In this document: in pieces, positions 37,386 to 50,961 of the stretch
How positions within the stretch are numbered: position 1 is the stretch's first letter
Layout of the letters: the number at the start of each line of letters is the position of its first letter
Assembly: GCA_951406725.2 (NCBI GenBank)
Contig: OX597831.1
Location: 7,688,001-7,752,000, forward strand
Length of the DNA stretch: 64,000 nt
DNA from: Octopus vulgaris
Lineage: Eukaryota
Reading direction: 5' to 3'
Made by a program: the position numbers and the translations under genes
The notes under the pieces: model-generated
Seen by the model: the letters and a program-made list of their open reading frames with translations, nothing else
Database searches by the model: none
What the model was told of the DNA's origin: nothing

Positions 37386-39200
37386 TATTATCATTATTAT
37401 CATTGCCTTTGCACAGTTTTTTCCATTGGAAATGTACCACGGTGTCAACTGTTCACTACCAGTGAACTAAGGTAACACCCCTTATTTTTTGAGCATCTTC
37501 TGGAGTATTCGACCAGTTCCAAGCAGTGCTGTTTCCTGCAAGTGCTTCACCTTTATTGTAGCCCCTGTTTGTTCCATGTACTTCTCAAGATTTTTACTCA
37601 CTGTTTGCAGTATTAGCAATGTATTACCACAGCCTAGATTCCTTTGTACAGATTTTTCTTCTCCTGGTGATTATATGTGTGGTAATATATCCTTTTCCTT
37701 ATGTTTTTGACTCTATGCTGGTTAAATTTTTACAGGTGATATAATATGCTAATCATATGCAAATCAGTTCTCACAATCTCCTTCTATTGGCTAGCAAAAA
37801 TGAAATGTGCATATATTGTCATATGAGATGTGGAGAATTCTGGAAAGTACCTCACTATTAGAAACAGGTTAACTTGGTTCCTATGTTTCAATTGCACAGA
37901 ACTTTGTACAGTTGGTTCCCACACAGTAAGGATTTACTGTCCCCTGGTCATGCTGAGTCTATGAGAGAAACCATGCCTGGCTGCATAAATCTTTCAAACT
38001 CTGCTTCCATTAACCCTTCAGCATTCAGCTTATTCTGCTAAATGGAATGCTTATTTGGTCACCTTCTTTTGAATTAATCATGTATTATCTTGTAGCTTCA
38101 AGATTTTCACAATGCGATTGTTATTTTTAGAATGACAGTGAAGAGTAGGTGTGAGAGGCTGGATCTGGTTGAGCATAAAACATTTGGAATGTTTGGGCTG
38201 GGTGTGGAGGCCAGTATAAAGGCGAAAGGGTTAAGGTAGTCCATCAGATCAATGTCACAAACAACAGATGTATGAAACATTAAGGAATAAAGTTTCCGAT
38301 GGTTCAAGCGACAGCAAAAGAGGAATAACAAGAATAGAGATAAATCAACAACGAAAAAAATGTTTGTTATCATTGTGTGTTTGTTTCTTGCTTGTCAGTA
38401 TATCTCCTCACTCCACCCTCAATATATATAAAAAAAAAAAAGAAAAATGATGCTATGTGAAAAAAAATTATGAAAAGTTTTTCATTTTAATTTGATACCA
38501 TCTTCAATCTGATTGAAGAAAATGTTATCTCTTCTGAAGAATGTAAAAAAACCAAAAAAATTGATGTTATTGAATGTGGTCTCTTTTTCCTTTATATTAA
38601 TGGCTGTATTGACAACTAGTACAAAAAAAAAAATCAAATAATAGAGGTGTAAAAAGCATTGTATAGCTGTGTTGTTTCTTATCCCCCTAGATTAAACTTG
38701 AATAATTGATGTTTAGTTTTTACAGAAATACTTCAGCCAATAGCATTGATTTTTTGTTTTGTTTGTTTTTAGCCTAAGAAACTATCTGAAACAAGTTGCT
38801 GTTCCAGTTTCTCTTAACAAGTCTCAACGAGTTAGATTGTCTTTAAAAACACAACACTATTGAACAAATAATAAATTTAAAGCTGTTTTGTTTCTGGTCT
38901 TATCTTTTAAATGTTATTGAATTCAACGTTTCTTTCTAAATGAATGCTATTCTGTGTCTTAAAGAATGTAACACCATATTTGACTATGCAATTTATCTTC
39001 TTTTTTGGCAGTTAACATTCAACTTCATACAATTGTTGTCATCTTTTGTATTGAATTCTGCATTTTCAATAGAATCTGCATCTGATACAGGAATAAATAT
39101 CAGACTTACCAATTTATTCTGTTGAATTAAATGTAACGTTGTGGAGTTCCTGCGTACAAAGAAAGACCACAGGACTGATTAGCAGTATGATGTCGCTAAC

Positions 39201-39616
39201 CTATTTCTTTACTACCCACAAGGGGCTAAACACAGACGGGACAAACAAGGACAGACAAACAGATTAAGTCGATTACAGCGACCCCAGTGCGTAACTGGTA
39301 CTTATTTCATCGACCCCGAAAGGATGAAAGGCAAAGTCGACCTCAGCGGAATTTGAACTCAGAACGTAAAGACAGACGAAATACCTATTTCTTTACTATC
39401 CACAAGGGGCTAAACACAGAGAGGACAAACAAGGACAGACAAACAGATTAAGTCGATTACATCGACCCCAGTGCGTAACTGGTACTTATTTCATCAACCC
39501 CGAAAGGATGAAGGCAAAGTCGACCTCGGCAGAATTTGAACTCAGAACATAGCGGCAGACGAAATACCGTTAAGCATTTCGCCCAGCGCGCTAATGTTTC
39601 TGCCAGATCGCCGCCC
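39201..39616 (-). mobile_element. SINE family A dimer
   Basis: Head at about 39616 plus two bodies; 14-bp TSD ATGATGTC(G/T)CTAAC. Confidence 0.9.
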
Positions 39617-39913
39617 ATGATGTCTCTAACCATCACATTCGAACCTCTGGCCCACAAAAAAACTGTGTCTCATCTTGCTTCTATAACAGCCTCTACTCAG
39701 GCACTACCTCCTCATCAACCCTATTGTGTCCATCCCAGCAGATCCATATTAATCCCTATTTCCAGTCCTTCAACCCCCATCACCTTCTGGAATGTCAGCC
39801 CTCCTTACAAATGTTTCTCCTGCAATAACTCTTCAAGAAGAACATGGACAGCATCAACCTACTTGTTTCAGAGTTCCTGCAATGGTCATGGATACAGTCC
39901 TTGTCTCTACAAC

Positions 39914-40222
39914 CAGAAGTTCTCAACCAGGCTCCAGATAAGGTTTTTGGTGCTCCATGCAGATAAAATAGTAAATTTGGGACCCATGGTAGTATTTTAA
40001 TGGTTCATGGAAAACTTTGCTTCTTCAGATGTATTTATTGCAAGAAACAGCAAGATTTCTTTCTTGACCGTTTCACACACGAATGAGTGGATAACAAAAT
40101 AAGAATTTTGAAAGAAATAATTATAAAACTAGTTTTTAAACATAGAATAGCTGTGGTGGTCCACCAGAACAAAATGGTAATCAAAAGGGATCCATTGGTA
40201 AAAAAATAGTTGAGAACCACTG
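39914..40222. mobile_element. hAT MITE
   Basis: CAGAAGTTCTCAAC...GTTGAGAACCACTG, followed by CTCTAGAC; a homologous left half lies at about 12038-12140. Confidence 0.7.
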
Positions 40223-40362
40223 CTCTAGACAAAACCATTAAAAATACAGGTTCTGGGTTCAGTCCCATTGTATAGCATGCTGGGAAAGCGTCTTCTATAG
40301 CTCTGGGCCAAGCAAAGCTTTGTGAATGGAGATTTGGTAGATGGAAACTAAAAGAAGTCCAT

Positions 40363-40424
<62 letters not shown>

Positions 40425-43160
40425 CATATAAACAACAAGCTTCTTTTTATATATATATATATATAGATGTTTGTTTTGTACCTGAAATATCTCAGAAATA
40501 GTATATTTTATCTTAACTTTTTTTGCATATTTATTTTCATACTTACCTTTGACAGTGCCGTACAATTTTTTTTATATCTGGACCTCTGTTTATTAATGAA
40601 AGTGATTAAACACAATTTTTGTTTGTTATTTCTTGACGGAAAAACAAAATGGCTTTTGTGAAATCAACACACATACACACATACAAAATACACACTCATA
40701 TAAAGAATGTCATGGCTTGTCAATCAACACAAACACACGTCCGCTATCTGTGACATATACGCACACATAGTCTTTGCGCTCTCTAATAAAAACAAAAACG
40801 TCAACTTTTTGATATACAGGATATTTTAATCATTTAGAAATATTTTTAACTGAATGTGATTTCATTGTCTGGGATTCGTTAATTTCCATAAAAATTTTTT
40901 ATTTATTTACTTTTGTTTAAAAGTAAAAGAGACAAGAAAGTGAAAGATGTATGTACGTGTATATAAAATGGATGTGTGTGTGAGAGAGAGAAAGAGAGAG
41001 AGAGTGAAGGGGCGTGTTGTCATGTATATGTACATACATCAATACATATGCGTACGTCTTTTTTGTTTGTACATGTGCATGTGAAATAACCTGGAAAAAA
41101 AACCCCATGGAACAAAACTCCGTTGCTGGGAAACTGACTTTCCAGGTGACCCAACGTGTCACGGGTAGTCTAGTATATATACAGTTAGATAGATAGACAG
41201 ACAGACAGATACACATGTATATATGTTTGTATATACATATTTGTTTGTGTATGTGTGTGTGTGTGTGTGTGTTTATGCCTTTGTTTTGACAGAGTGATAG
41301 TTGTAAATGAGTGTCACTGTCACAGAGTGTCATTCATCATCATCATGTCATTCATCATGTCATGTCATTCATCATTCATCATTCATCTCCAATATTCTGT
41401 AAGAACGTGTCTGCAGAAACATTAATAAATAGAGGTCCAGATATCACAAAAGAGACAAGAAAGTGAAAGATGTATGTATGAGTATATAAAGTGGATATGT
41501 GTGTGAGAGAGAGAGAAAAAGAGAGAGTGAGTGAAGGGGCGTGTTGTCATGTATACGTACATCAATACTTATATGTACATCCTTTTTGTATGTACGTGTG
41601 CATGTGTGTGTGTGTGTGTGTGAGAAAGAGAGAGAGAGAGTGAGTGAGCGAACATGTGTGTTCTCATGTATGTGTAAGTGGCACTCTCTCTCTCTCTCTC
41701 TCCCCCACACACGCAAACATGTCCATTTCATATACATGTTCAGACATCTTTCACTTTAAATAAATAAAAAAAATTTCATGGAAATTAACAAACATGTCTG
41801 GCCACTGGGAACAGGTGAAGTGCTTGGAAACAGGTGGGGGTGGGGGTGGGGGCTTGCTTATAGAAAAGGCATCTGGCTGTGGAAAATCTTCCCCCATAAA
41901 CTCAGTCTGAACCATGCAAGCATGGAAAAGTGGATGTTAAAGCAATGATGATGATGTTGATGTTACAGGCTGATGCCTCAACTGCAAACTTTTCAGTTTG
42001 TAACCGTTTATTGGCGCCGACACTGAATGGCTCTCTGGACCAGGTGTACAAGACCACTTACCATTTGATGGCATAGATTTCAGGATTTTGTGCTGTAGTA
42101 TTTGTGCTGGAATTTGAGAACTAATGAGAAGCCTTAAGGTTTAAAATACCCTGATCAAAGACACAATAGGTTACATAAAGGGAAGGATGGGGACATTTGA
42201 ATTGATATTCTACAGAATCTCCTTTGGGGTTTTACGTTTCTCATTTGGAATCATGCTGTCATACTGTGATTGCCTTTCTTTCTTCTAGAGTTATTTAAAA
42301 GGGATATGGTTGATCCAATCATATTCACCCTTTAGAAGAAAAGGAAATCAATATTATTAACAGAATGCCTGCCAGAATGAGCTTTGCCTTTCATTCTTTT
42401 AAGGACAATCAAATATATTATTGTCAATGGAAGCAGCTATACATTAGCTTGTGCTAATAATCGATATTATTATGAAGGTGGCAAGCTGGCAGAGTTGTTA
42501 GCATGTCAAAAGCAAAATGCTTTGTGGCATTTCATCTTTCTTTACACTCTGGGTTCAAATTCCACCAAGGTAGATTTTTGCCTTACATTCTCCCATGGTT
42601 GATAAAATAAGTTGAGCACTGGAGGTGGGTGGGTGTTGGTGTCGATGTAATTGACTTACCCCCTCCCTTGAATATGCTGGCCTTGTGTCAGAAATTAGAA
42701 ACTAATAATCGATATTATTAACAAACTCATTTAATCATCATCATCATCATACATCTGCTTTCCATGCTGGCATGGGTTGGATGATTGAACCAGCTTTTGA
42801 CTGGTATTCATGCCTTTTATTCATGAGACCCTCCAAGACATTATGAAATGTAGCTCTAAGAATACCAATAGCCTCCTACCATGACAAAACAAACTCACCA
42901 CCCTTCTCCTTTGTTTTGTGCCACCATTTATTCTAAAACATCTTTCAGCAAAAAGGGTAAAAAAAGTACATCTGCCTTATTAAGCCTTCTAAGGTATTCT
43001 TGCAATAAAGACTCAAAAATCTAGGGAAACATTGATGCTGCTTGCCAACAAGGGATCTGGACCTACTAGAAACAATAATCAACCAAATCCTTATCAAATC
43101 TCTCCCTGCCAACTTGAAAATAAGGGGACATGTTAAATAATTTAGTCTTAAATATGAAGT

Positions 43161-43497
43161 ACCTCCACCACAAGGTCTAGTCCTTATGGCAGTGTAGTGG
43201 TGGCTTGTATGCCTCAATGACCCTGAGAGCTCATGCCAGTACAGTGCAAACTGGGTTGCCCATGTGGGACAGGTCAAAGGATAAGGGCCAAGCTGATATG
43301 GACCACCTCTTCCCAGGGATAACAATGGATTTGTATAGGGCCTACACCTCTACATAGAGAAAGGGCATTGATGACCATTCAAAACCAACAAGACTTGGGA
43401 AAGGGAAAGATAGTCCAACGTTGAGAACAGTGGAGAAGAGTCATTGATGGCGTTAAGCTCCATTGAGAGTGAAGGGTTTAAGTGAGTTAATGAATGA
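43161..43497 (+). mobile_element. Internally deleted (bipartite) RTE element: 5' UTR fused to the ORF end
   Basis: GGCTTGTATGCCTCAATGACCCTGAGAGCTCATGCC...GCCCATGTGGGACAGGTC resembles RTE/BovB 5' UTRs; the 3' part reads ..EQWRRVIDG.. Confidence 0.55.
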
Positions 43498-43870
43498 AGT
43501 AGTTGAGAGGAAACCAGGCTTGTCATGATTGGAACCTCTTTGATTATAGGTTTGCTCAGTCAGGGATGACCTGGGGATAAAACCTCAACAATATCACAAT
43601 CCACCAATTTATGGTATTGATTTTCTGATCCAAGGAAGATGAAATGCAAAGTTAACCATTCCAAGAAGTGAATTCCAAACCTTTAGCACTTGGTCTTCAG
43701 ATCCGACTTCATATATAAATGAGCAAGAGATTAAAGATTATGGATGAATGTGTGTCAGAATTCTGATAAAATTTCAGGAATTACAACTTTTAATTTTCTT
43801 CCTTAATGATGAAATATTTATCTGTTTTTTTTCAAGAATACACAATGTTTGTTTTCTTTTTCTTTTCCAG

Positions 43871-43973
43871 ATATCATCAATTTTTCATCTGTTTTTTCCA
43901 ATGGTTACCTCATCGGTGAAACATTGTCTAAATATAAACAGCAGGATGATCTGGATCAATTTTCTCTACAAAA
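43871..43973 (+). CDS. SPEF2: SPEF2 exon 2 (DIINFSSVFSNGYLIGETLSKYKQQDDLDQFSLQ), CH-like domain
   Basis: Polypyrimidine tract plus CAG acceptor ending 43870, donor AA|GTATGT. Contains the FSNGYLIGE.L.K...QDD motif of the SPEF1/SPEF2 CH-like domain. 103 nt, phases 1 to 2 fit the neighbouring exons. Confidence 0.95.
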
Positions 43974-46527
43974 GTATGTTCCTCAAATCATCTCAATATA
44001 TTTCTTTCAAACTTTTGCACCCCTCTGTATATATATATGTACATAGAAATATACATATATTTAGAGTTCTTTGAAAACATGGTGTCCCTTAGCAGATAGC
44101 TAATATAAAGGAGATAAGCATTTCTTCATAATATTTGGCGTGATTAGAAGTTTGAATTTGAAATTAAAGAAAAACAAGGAAAAAGAGGCATAGAATACAC
44201 GTATTTAATTGGTTACTTTTTTAATGAAGTTCTTAAAATTTCTAGTCAGGAGTAATAATCATACTCTCTTTTACTCTTTACTTGTTTCAGTCATTTGACT
44301 GCGGCCATGCTGGAGCACCGCCTTTAATCGAGCAACTCGACCCCGGGACTTATTCTTTTGTAATCCCAGTACACACAACCCCGAGGCTATCTCCAATAAT
44401 CATGTAGATCATTATTTCATTCTTTTTAGAAATCTTCAGTCTGACATAATCAGAGGTAAATAAATTAAACAATTTATGAAATGAGACATTTCTTAGAGAT
44501 AGAGAATAATTACAGACTTTAGATCAATTGGATTGTAACAGAATGCCCCACATACATGCATGTTCGCACACATGCACACTTACATATGTGTTTGGGTGAA
44601 TATAATTTACTCTTAGTTAAGAAATGTTACTCATTTGCTTCAATTTGACCTGGCTGAGAATTGGTACTATTTCATATTTGATTGGTTGGTCTTAAAAGAA
44701 AAATCATCCAAATATATATATATATATAAAAAAAAAACAATTGCTCAATTTGGTTTATTTTCCTCTGATCTCCTTAATTCCTTGAAACCAGACCTAAGCC
44801 CCAGCTCTTAGCTTCCTCACATTTTACAGTCTGTTTCCCAATCTTTCTCTTAATTACTCTACCTTCCTTCCATCACTCCTCTTATTCTCTTTGTTTCTGC
44901 GTCTCTCAAATATACCTTACATCACAGTAATCTTTTAATCTTTTCTCCGATGGCTTATCTATAATTTCTCATTTCAGTGAAATTCTCCTGATACCATTAA
45001 ACAGGATTGTTTTGAAATGAGAAAATACTGGGCTTAATAAAATCCTTTGTCAGTCAGTTATTTTCTTTATTATGGCAAAGCAACATAATTATTGACTGCA
45101 GAAACAACCGTTGTCTTTGTCTTTTAATATAAAGATAAAGTGTAATTATACATTGACTATAAATTGAAGTCGATTTATTTTGTTGCAACGTAGTTTTTTT
45201 CCTATACAGAGATTCTTTTGCAAAAATGTTCCTCATTGTATAATACCAAACATAAATGAACGACAAGAATATTCCTCACTGATTCTTCAAAGACAGTTAC
45301 ATTTTGGTTTTGATGAAATCTTGGCCCTGTGTTTCTCTTTAATTTCTCCTTCTTTTCTTCAGCCGAGTTCTCTCTCTTAACCCTTTTGTTACCATATTTC
45401 TATTGACATTCTCTGCCTTATTTCAATGAACTTTTTGGCATAATGGAAAATTTCATAAAATAATAAAATAACTTTGTCCTTATTTAATTAGATTCTGGAA
45501 CACAAATTAACATGAATTTTTGGAAGGTTTTAATTGAGATCACATTGAAACAAGAAGTTTGAGTTATAGAGCGAGTAGTCCACAGGCAGATTGATATCCA
45601 AAGGGTTGCCAAGTCAAGCATTTCTGCAACCTTGAACAATTTTCAGGTGTTTTTATTTCAAGTTGACTTATTTTATGTGGTGGGCATGGCTGAAACTGCT
45701 TCTCCACAAACTCACTTTTCTCTTTAACTGAAATTAACCTAACAAGAGAGCTTCTATGCAGTTACTTGACATCCTAGAAATAGCAGTCAGATCTTCCTCA
45801 AATCACACCCTACTGTCCTGAAAAAGAAGCATATTTGGCAATATAGTCCTAGATAGACAAAGACATACCAGTCTTAGATATCTTTTATTGTTTATTTTAC
45901 TTGTTTAGGTCATTGGACTGTGGCCATGCTGGGGCACCACCTTCAGCTTATTTTTAAGTCTTGCACTTATGCTATCAGTCTTTTGTGCCAAACCACTTGG
46001 TTATAGGGATGTAAACAAACCAACACTGGTTGTCAAGCGATGCTGAGGAGAAAAACACATGCACATGCATACACACACACACACACACACATGATGGGGT
46101 TTCACTCAGTTTCTTTCTGCCGAATCTACTACTCACGAGGCATTAGTTGGCCTGATGCTATAGGAGATGACACTTGCCCAAGGTGTCATGCAGTGGGACT
46201 GAACCCCAAACCACACTGTTGCAAAGCAAGCTTCTTAACCACCCACCCATGTCTGTGTCTATCTACAAGAAGCTAGGATCAATGGCTGGGATGCCATGAC
46301 CATTCTGTCTAAGACTGCTAACCTGGAGTGAAACAACCACTTATACCATTCCTTTTTATCACAGGTTTTCAATATTTACCCCATATTTCAAGGTACTAAA
46401 CTGGAAGGGTTGTTAGCATGCTGGGCATAATGCTTAGCGGCATTATGTCCAATATTAGGTTCTGAGTTCAAATTCTACTGAAGTTGACTTTGTCTTTTCT
46501 CCTTTCAGGGTTGATAGAATAAATACC

Positions 46528-46761
46528 TATTTCTTTATTACCCACAAGGGGCTAAACATAGAGGGGACAAACAAGGACAGACATAGGTATTAAGTCGATT
46601 ACATCGACCCCAGTGCGTAACTGGTACTTAATTTATCGACCCCGAAAGGATGAAAGGCAAAGTCAACCTCGGCGGAATTTGAACTCACAACGTAACGCAG
46701 ACGAAATACCGCTAAGCATTTCACCTGGCGTGCTAACGTTTCTGCCAGCTCGCTGCCTTTA
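46528..46761 (-). mobile_element. SINE family A copy nested antisense inside an older family A copy (46398-46850)
   Basis: 12-bp TSD AGAATAAATACC at 46516 and 46762. Confidence 0.9.
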
Positions 46762-49700
46762 AGAATAAATACCAGTTGAGCACTGGGGTTGATGTTTGCG
46801 CCTTAGCCCCCTCCCCCGAAGTTGCTGGCCTTGTGCCCAAATTTGAAATCAATATTCTTACTCCATATTTAATGTAAACTTGCTCTTTTTGACAATTTAA
46901 TTTTATTAAAAGATTTTATATTGCATTTAAGTTTCCAAATTAAAATCTCAATTAAGTTTTCACAATATGTATTATTATTTTGTTTCACCAAACTAAGGCT
47001 CATATATTTCTGTAAGCCTCTGCATGGTTATTTGACTTGCTAGAAGTAGCAGTTAAATATTCGTCAACTTGCACCATACCATCTTAAAAGGGAAATCATA
47101 TATTGGGATGATATTGTCCTGGATTCAGATTTTCAAATCCAGTTTCTTTTAGTTTCTTGGCATGGTTTATGCCAGACTATATTATTCAAGGCAATGTGTC
47201 CTTTGCTTTTTTATTTTTTTAAGATAATGGAAGGTAATTTAAAGGAGCTTGGCTATTATTTCTAGCTGGATGAGTCGCAACATAGAAGTTTCCTTAATGG
47301 GTCATGATCTGTCCTATTGTGGCTGATGAGGAAACTGGTCTCGAATGGCAGTACCATTGGAGCATTTAAGGACAGTTTCCAGCATCTGTTTATTTCCCAT
47401 ACCAGATTGTCATTCAAAGTTTTTTTTCCTTTTCCTTTGCATGGCTGCAGTTTCTTATTTACTTGATTCAATATGAAACCCATACAAATACAAAAATCCT
47501 AATTGATTAAACATCTGTTTTGGTTTAGCAAATTGCCAACAACAACAACAACAACAGCGGCAGATATATTTTTGGAATAATGTTTTCATGAAATGTTTGA
47601 GTCGTTGCACAACTTGGACTTCTTTTGAACAAGACTCAAAATAATGTATTACATTGCCTGAATATATAATGAAATGTCTTCAGAATCTGAAAAAAATTAT
47701 CTTTCCAAACAGTAATTTTATATGCTGTTTTGCTATAATTTTATAAAGAAATTATTGGTTTCTTACATTGCAAAAATAAGATTGTGTGACACATCCGTGT
47801 CTTTCTCAAAGCATTAGTGACATTATTAGTGTTACTAGAAGCTATTGTGTTCAGTACATCTGTAAGTAACTTGCTGTTTCCAAGATATAGGAGAGATTTT
47901 ATGTTGTTGCTATGAATAACTATTATCATTTATTCTATGTTAGCTGCATTTGAGTTCACTGATGATGAAGAATCTTCTGGCTGTCACCATTCCATCAGGA
48001 TTTTGTTTCCTAAATAATCTGACAATAGGTTGATGAGGCTGGAACGTTTCCTAGTTTGTCCTTCTTTTTTGGAAGATAAAGAGTGTGATTTGAGAAAGAA
48101 TTGACTTCCACTTTTAGCAAGCAATGTTATATGTTTGTGATGTTGACTGGTGCTAAAGTCTTTGACTTCCTGAGTTTTTCTGAAGGAAGGGTCAAGTTCT
48201 TGAGTTAGTGTGAACATACGTGGAGTTAGGTTTTGTATTTCTGTGACATATGAGTGTGATGATCTGGTTGTTTAGCTTGTAAAAGGAGTTTAATTGTGAT
48301 GCTGTTGTGCCTCCTCTTGTGTTATCTGTATTGTTTTGTTACCAAGTCACTACAAACAATGCTGTTTGTGAGCATGTTAAAAGTGTTACAACCAGGGTAT
48401 GTAGCATGGTAGGATAGTGGTATTGGTATGTATATGTTTATAATATTCCTGTGTTTTGAGTTGCTTGTTTTTATTTTGAATGCTATTATTATTAAAACCT
48501 GACAAACCCATCACCCTGCAATGGAGACCCTAAAAAATCCAAGACAAGCTCATCCTTGATATCATGAACCCACACATTCCTTTTTCTAACTCACAGTGTC
48601 GATTCAAACCAACTTGCAGTAAGAACACAATAGTTTCCTTCACCAGAAAACCCCTACATTTGCTACCCTAAGCATTTGACTCCATTCCCTGGTACTCACT
48701 TATAAAGAAAATACCTGGCACTTCCCTAAAATATTGAATAAAAAACTGCCTCCTCTCATACTAACAAGCCTATGTCTGATAGGTTTAATAACAATTTGGA
48801 ATCTGTAATTCCCCAAATGGTATACAACAAGGATCCATTCTCTCTCTAAAAATTGTATCCATTAGAAAGAGAAAGCCATTTAAATAAAGAATCAGATTCA
48901 ACAACATAAATACACCTCAAACATCAAAGATGAAAAAACATACCTGGAATTATTTCTAGGCATGGCTGTGTGGTTAACAAGCTCAAATTGCAACCATTGC
49001 AAAGGTGCATTGTATAGCATCTTGGGCAAGTGTCTTCTCCATAACCTTTGTCTGACCAATGCCTTGTGAATGAACTCGGCAGACAGAAACTGTGTAGAAT
49101 CCCAACATGTGTGCATGTGTGTTTTTGTGCCCCTACCCCCACCACTTGACAACCAGTGTTGGTTTGTTTATATTCCTATAACTTAGCAGTTTGGCAAATT
49201 ATAGAATAAGAACCAGTCTTTTTTTGAAAAGTGTTTGGATTGATTTGTTTGACTAAAAGCTTCAAGATGGTGCCCCAGCATGGCCACAGTCCACTGGTTG
49301 AGACAAATAAAAGATACCATCTCAACAATATTCATGGCATAGAGAGAAACTATTGTCAAAAAGTCAAATGATTCCTGGCCATGCAAGAAATACCATCGGT
49401 TGTCACAGCAAGCTTCATTCCACAAAAACCACGAAACTGTCTGCACCATCGCACCCGCCAACACATCTACAACAGCATCATTGTAGGAATGGTAAATCCC
49501 TCTCACTCAGTTGGGGCCTACACAAAATGCACGTCTACAGGATCAGTAGTGTCATTAGCCCCAGACTCTATGTTGAGGTGTACACCACACAAATGGTAAG
49601 CAAGGTGGACAACGTATACCATCCTCACTAGGTTTATCTCCTTCATTTCTGCTGGGGCCACTGGGACTTACTGCTATACTAAATCCAACTGGACAGTGCA

Positions 49701-50298
49701 AGAGAAGCAACAGGTTCAAGCTTCTACTCTGTATATGATGAGAGTGGACGCCAGTAGAGTCATCACTAAACGAATCTTTGGACTACATGTAATTGTTCAA
49801 AAAGCATTCTATCATATTTCGTTTTTGGATTTGGTTTGCAAGATTCTTCATATGAGTCGGTGTGTTGAAGCATATTCTGTTGTGTCTGGGGAGAACCATT
49901 TTCTTTTTCTGCTTTATAATTTAACACACTCACTGGTTAAATTTCCACTTATTTCTTATGTTTATTTTCCTAAAATTTTTTTTGCGTCTTGCAACCTTTT
50001 CAATAGTCTTGACTCTATCATAGATCTGCTTGATTAGTCCTGATCCAGGGGAACTGGGGGCAGCAAAACAACAACAACAACAACAATTATTGTTTGCCTT
50101 CAGTCTTTCACTTGTTGCCATCTTTCTAAGCTACGTGTTACTTCTATCTCTTCATTGCATCATCATGATTGTTTTTTTTTTTCTTTTTTGTCATATGTTG
50201 TTTCAAATAAAAGTTGTGAATCTATGTGACATTGGTGTTGCTTTTGTGATGTCACTGCATGATCAGTGAAAAAGTATAATTTCTCTTGTTGAATTTAG

Positions 50299-50551
50299 TA
50301 CGATTGAAGGACGCCTCAACAACTTCACTCGACTCGAGCCATCTCTTCACAAACTCGGTTTGCAGTTTGATACAAATACAGCTCGTGATATCATGACCGA
50401 GAAGCATGGTGCCGCTACAAATCTCATGTATGAATTATTTGTTGTTTTGAATGGTAAAACATGGAAAAGCAGACCCGCAGTCCAAGACAACAATCAGATG
50501 TCAGTGACACAATCAAGACTTTCTCACATTGAAAACAGGATTTATAATGAG
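50299..50551 (+). CDS. SPEF2: SPEF2 exon 3 (NTIEGRLNNFTRLEPSLHKLGLQFDTNTARDIMTEKHGAATNLMYELFVVL...IYNE)
   Basis: Acceptor TTTAG ending 50298, donor GAG|GTAGGT. LNNF.RLEP.L..LG.QFD...A..I.TEK.G.AT.L.Y.L is the SPEF2 signature. 253 nt, phases 2 to 0. Confidence 0.96.
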
Positions 50552-50575
50552 GTAGGTTCGTTTTTGTGCTAAGCT

Positions 50576-50961
50576 CTAGAAGCACTCCGTCGGTTACGAC
50601 GATGAGGGTTCCGGTTGATCCGAATCAACGGAACAGCCTGCTCGTGAAATTAACGTGTAAGTGGCTGAGCACTCCACAGACACGTGTACCCTTAACGTAG
50701 TTCTCGGGGATATTCAGCGTGACACAGAGTGTGACAAGGCCGGCCCTTTGAAATACAGGTACAACAGAAACAGGAAGTAAGAGTGAGAGAAAGTTGTGGT
50801 GAAAGAGTACAGCAGGGATCACCACCATCCCCTGCCGGAGCCTCGTGGAGCTTTAGGTGTTTTCGCTCAATAAACACTCACAACAGCCGGTCTGGGAATC
50901 GAAACCGCGATCCTATGACCGCGAGTCCGCTGCCCTAACCACTGGGCCATTGCGCCTCCAC
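50576..50961 (-). mobile_element. Young tRNA-derived SINE (head A', tail X)
   Basis: Head GGAGGCGCAATGGCCCAGTGGTTAGGGC...GGTTTCGATTCC; perfect 11-bp TSD TGTGCTAAGCT; CpGs retained. Confidence 0.9.

Noticed and set aside
47320-47985. Further CTGATGA motifs (about 47323 and 47959) as hammerheads
   Set aside because: No convincing stem II followed by GAAA; compatible with chance or heavy decay.
49320-49700. GC-richer coding-like block in intron 2
   Set aside because: Interrupted frames, no recognisable motif, and not needed for the SPEF2 frame; probably an unidentified repeat.
50880-50961. tRNA-like sequence (also 30524-30595)
   Set aside because: Continues into a dispersed repeat body, with a TSD at the 50.6-kb copy; a SINE head, not a tRNA gene.
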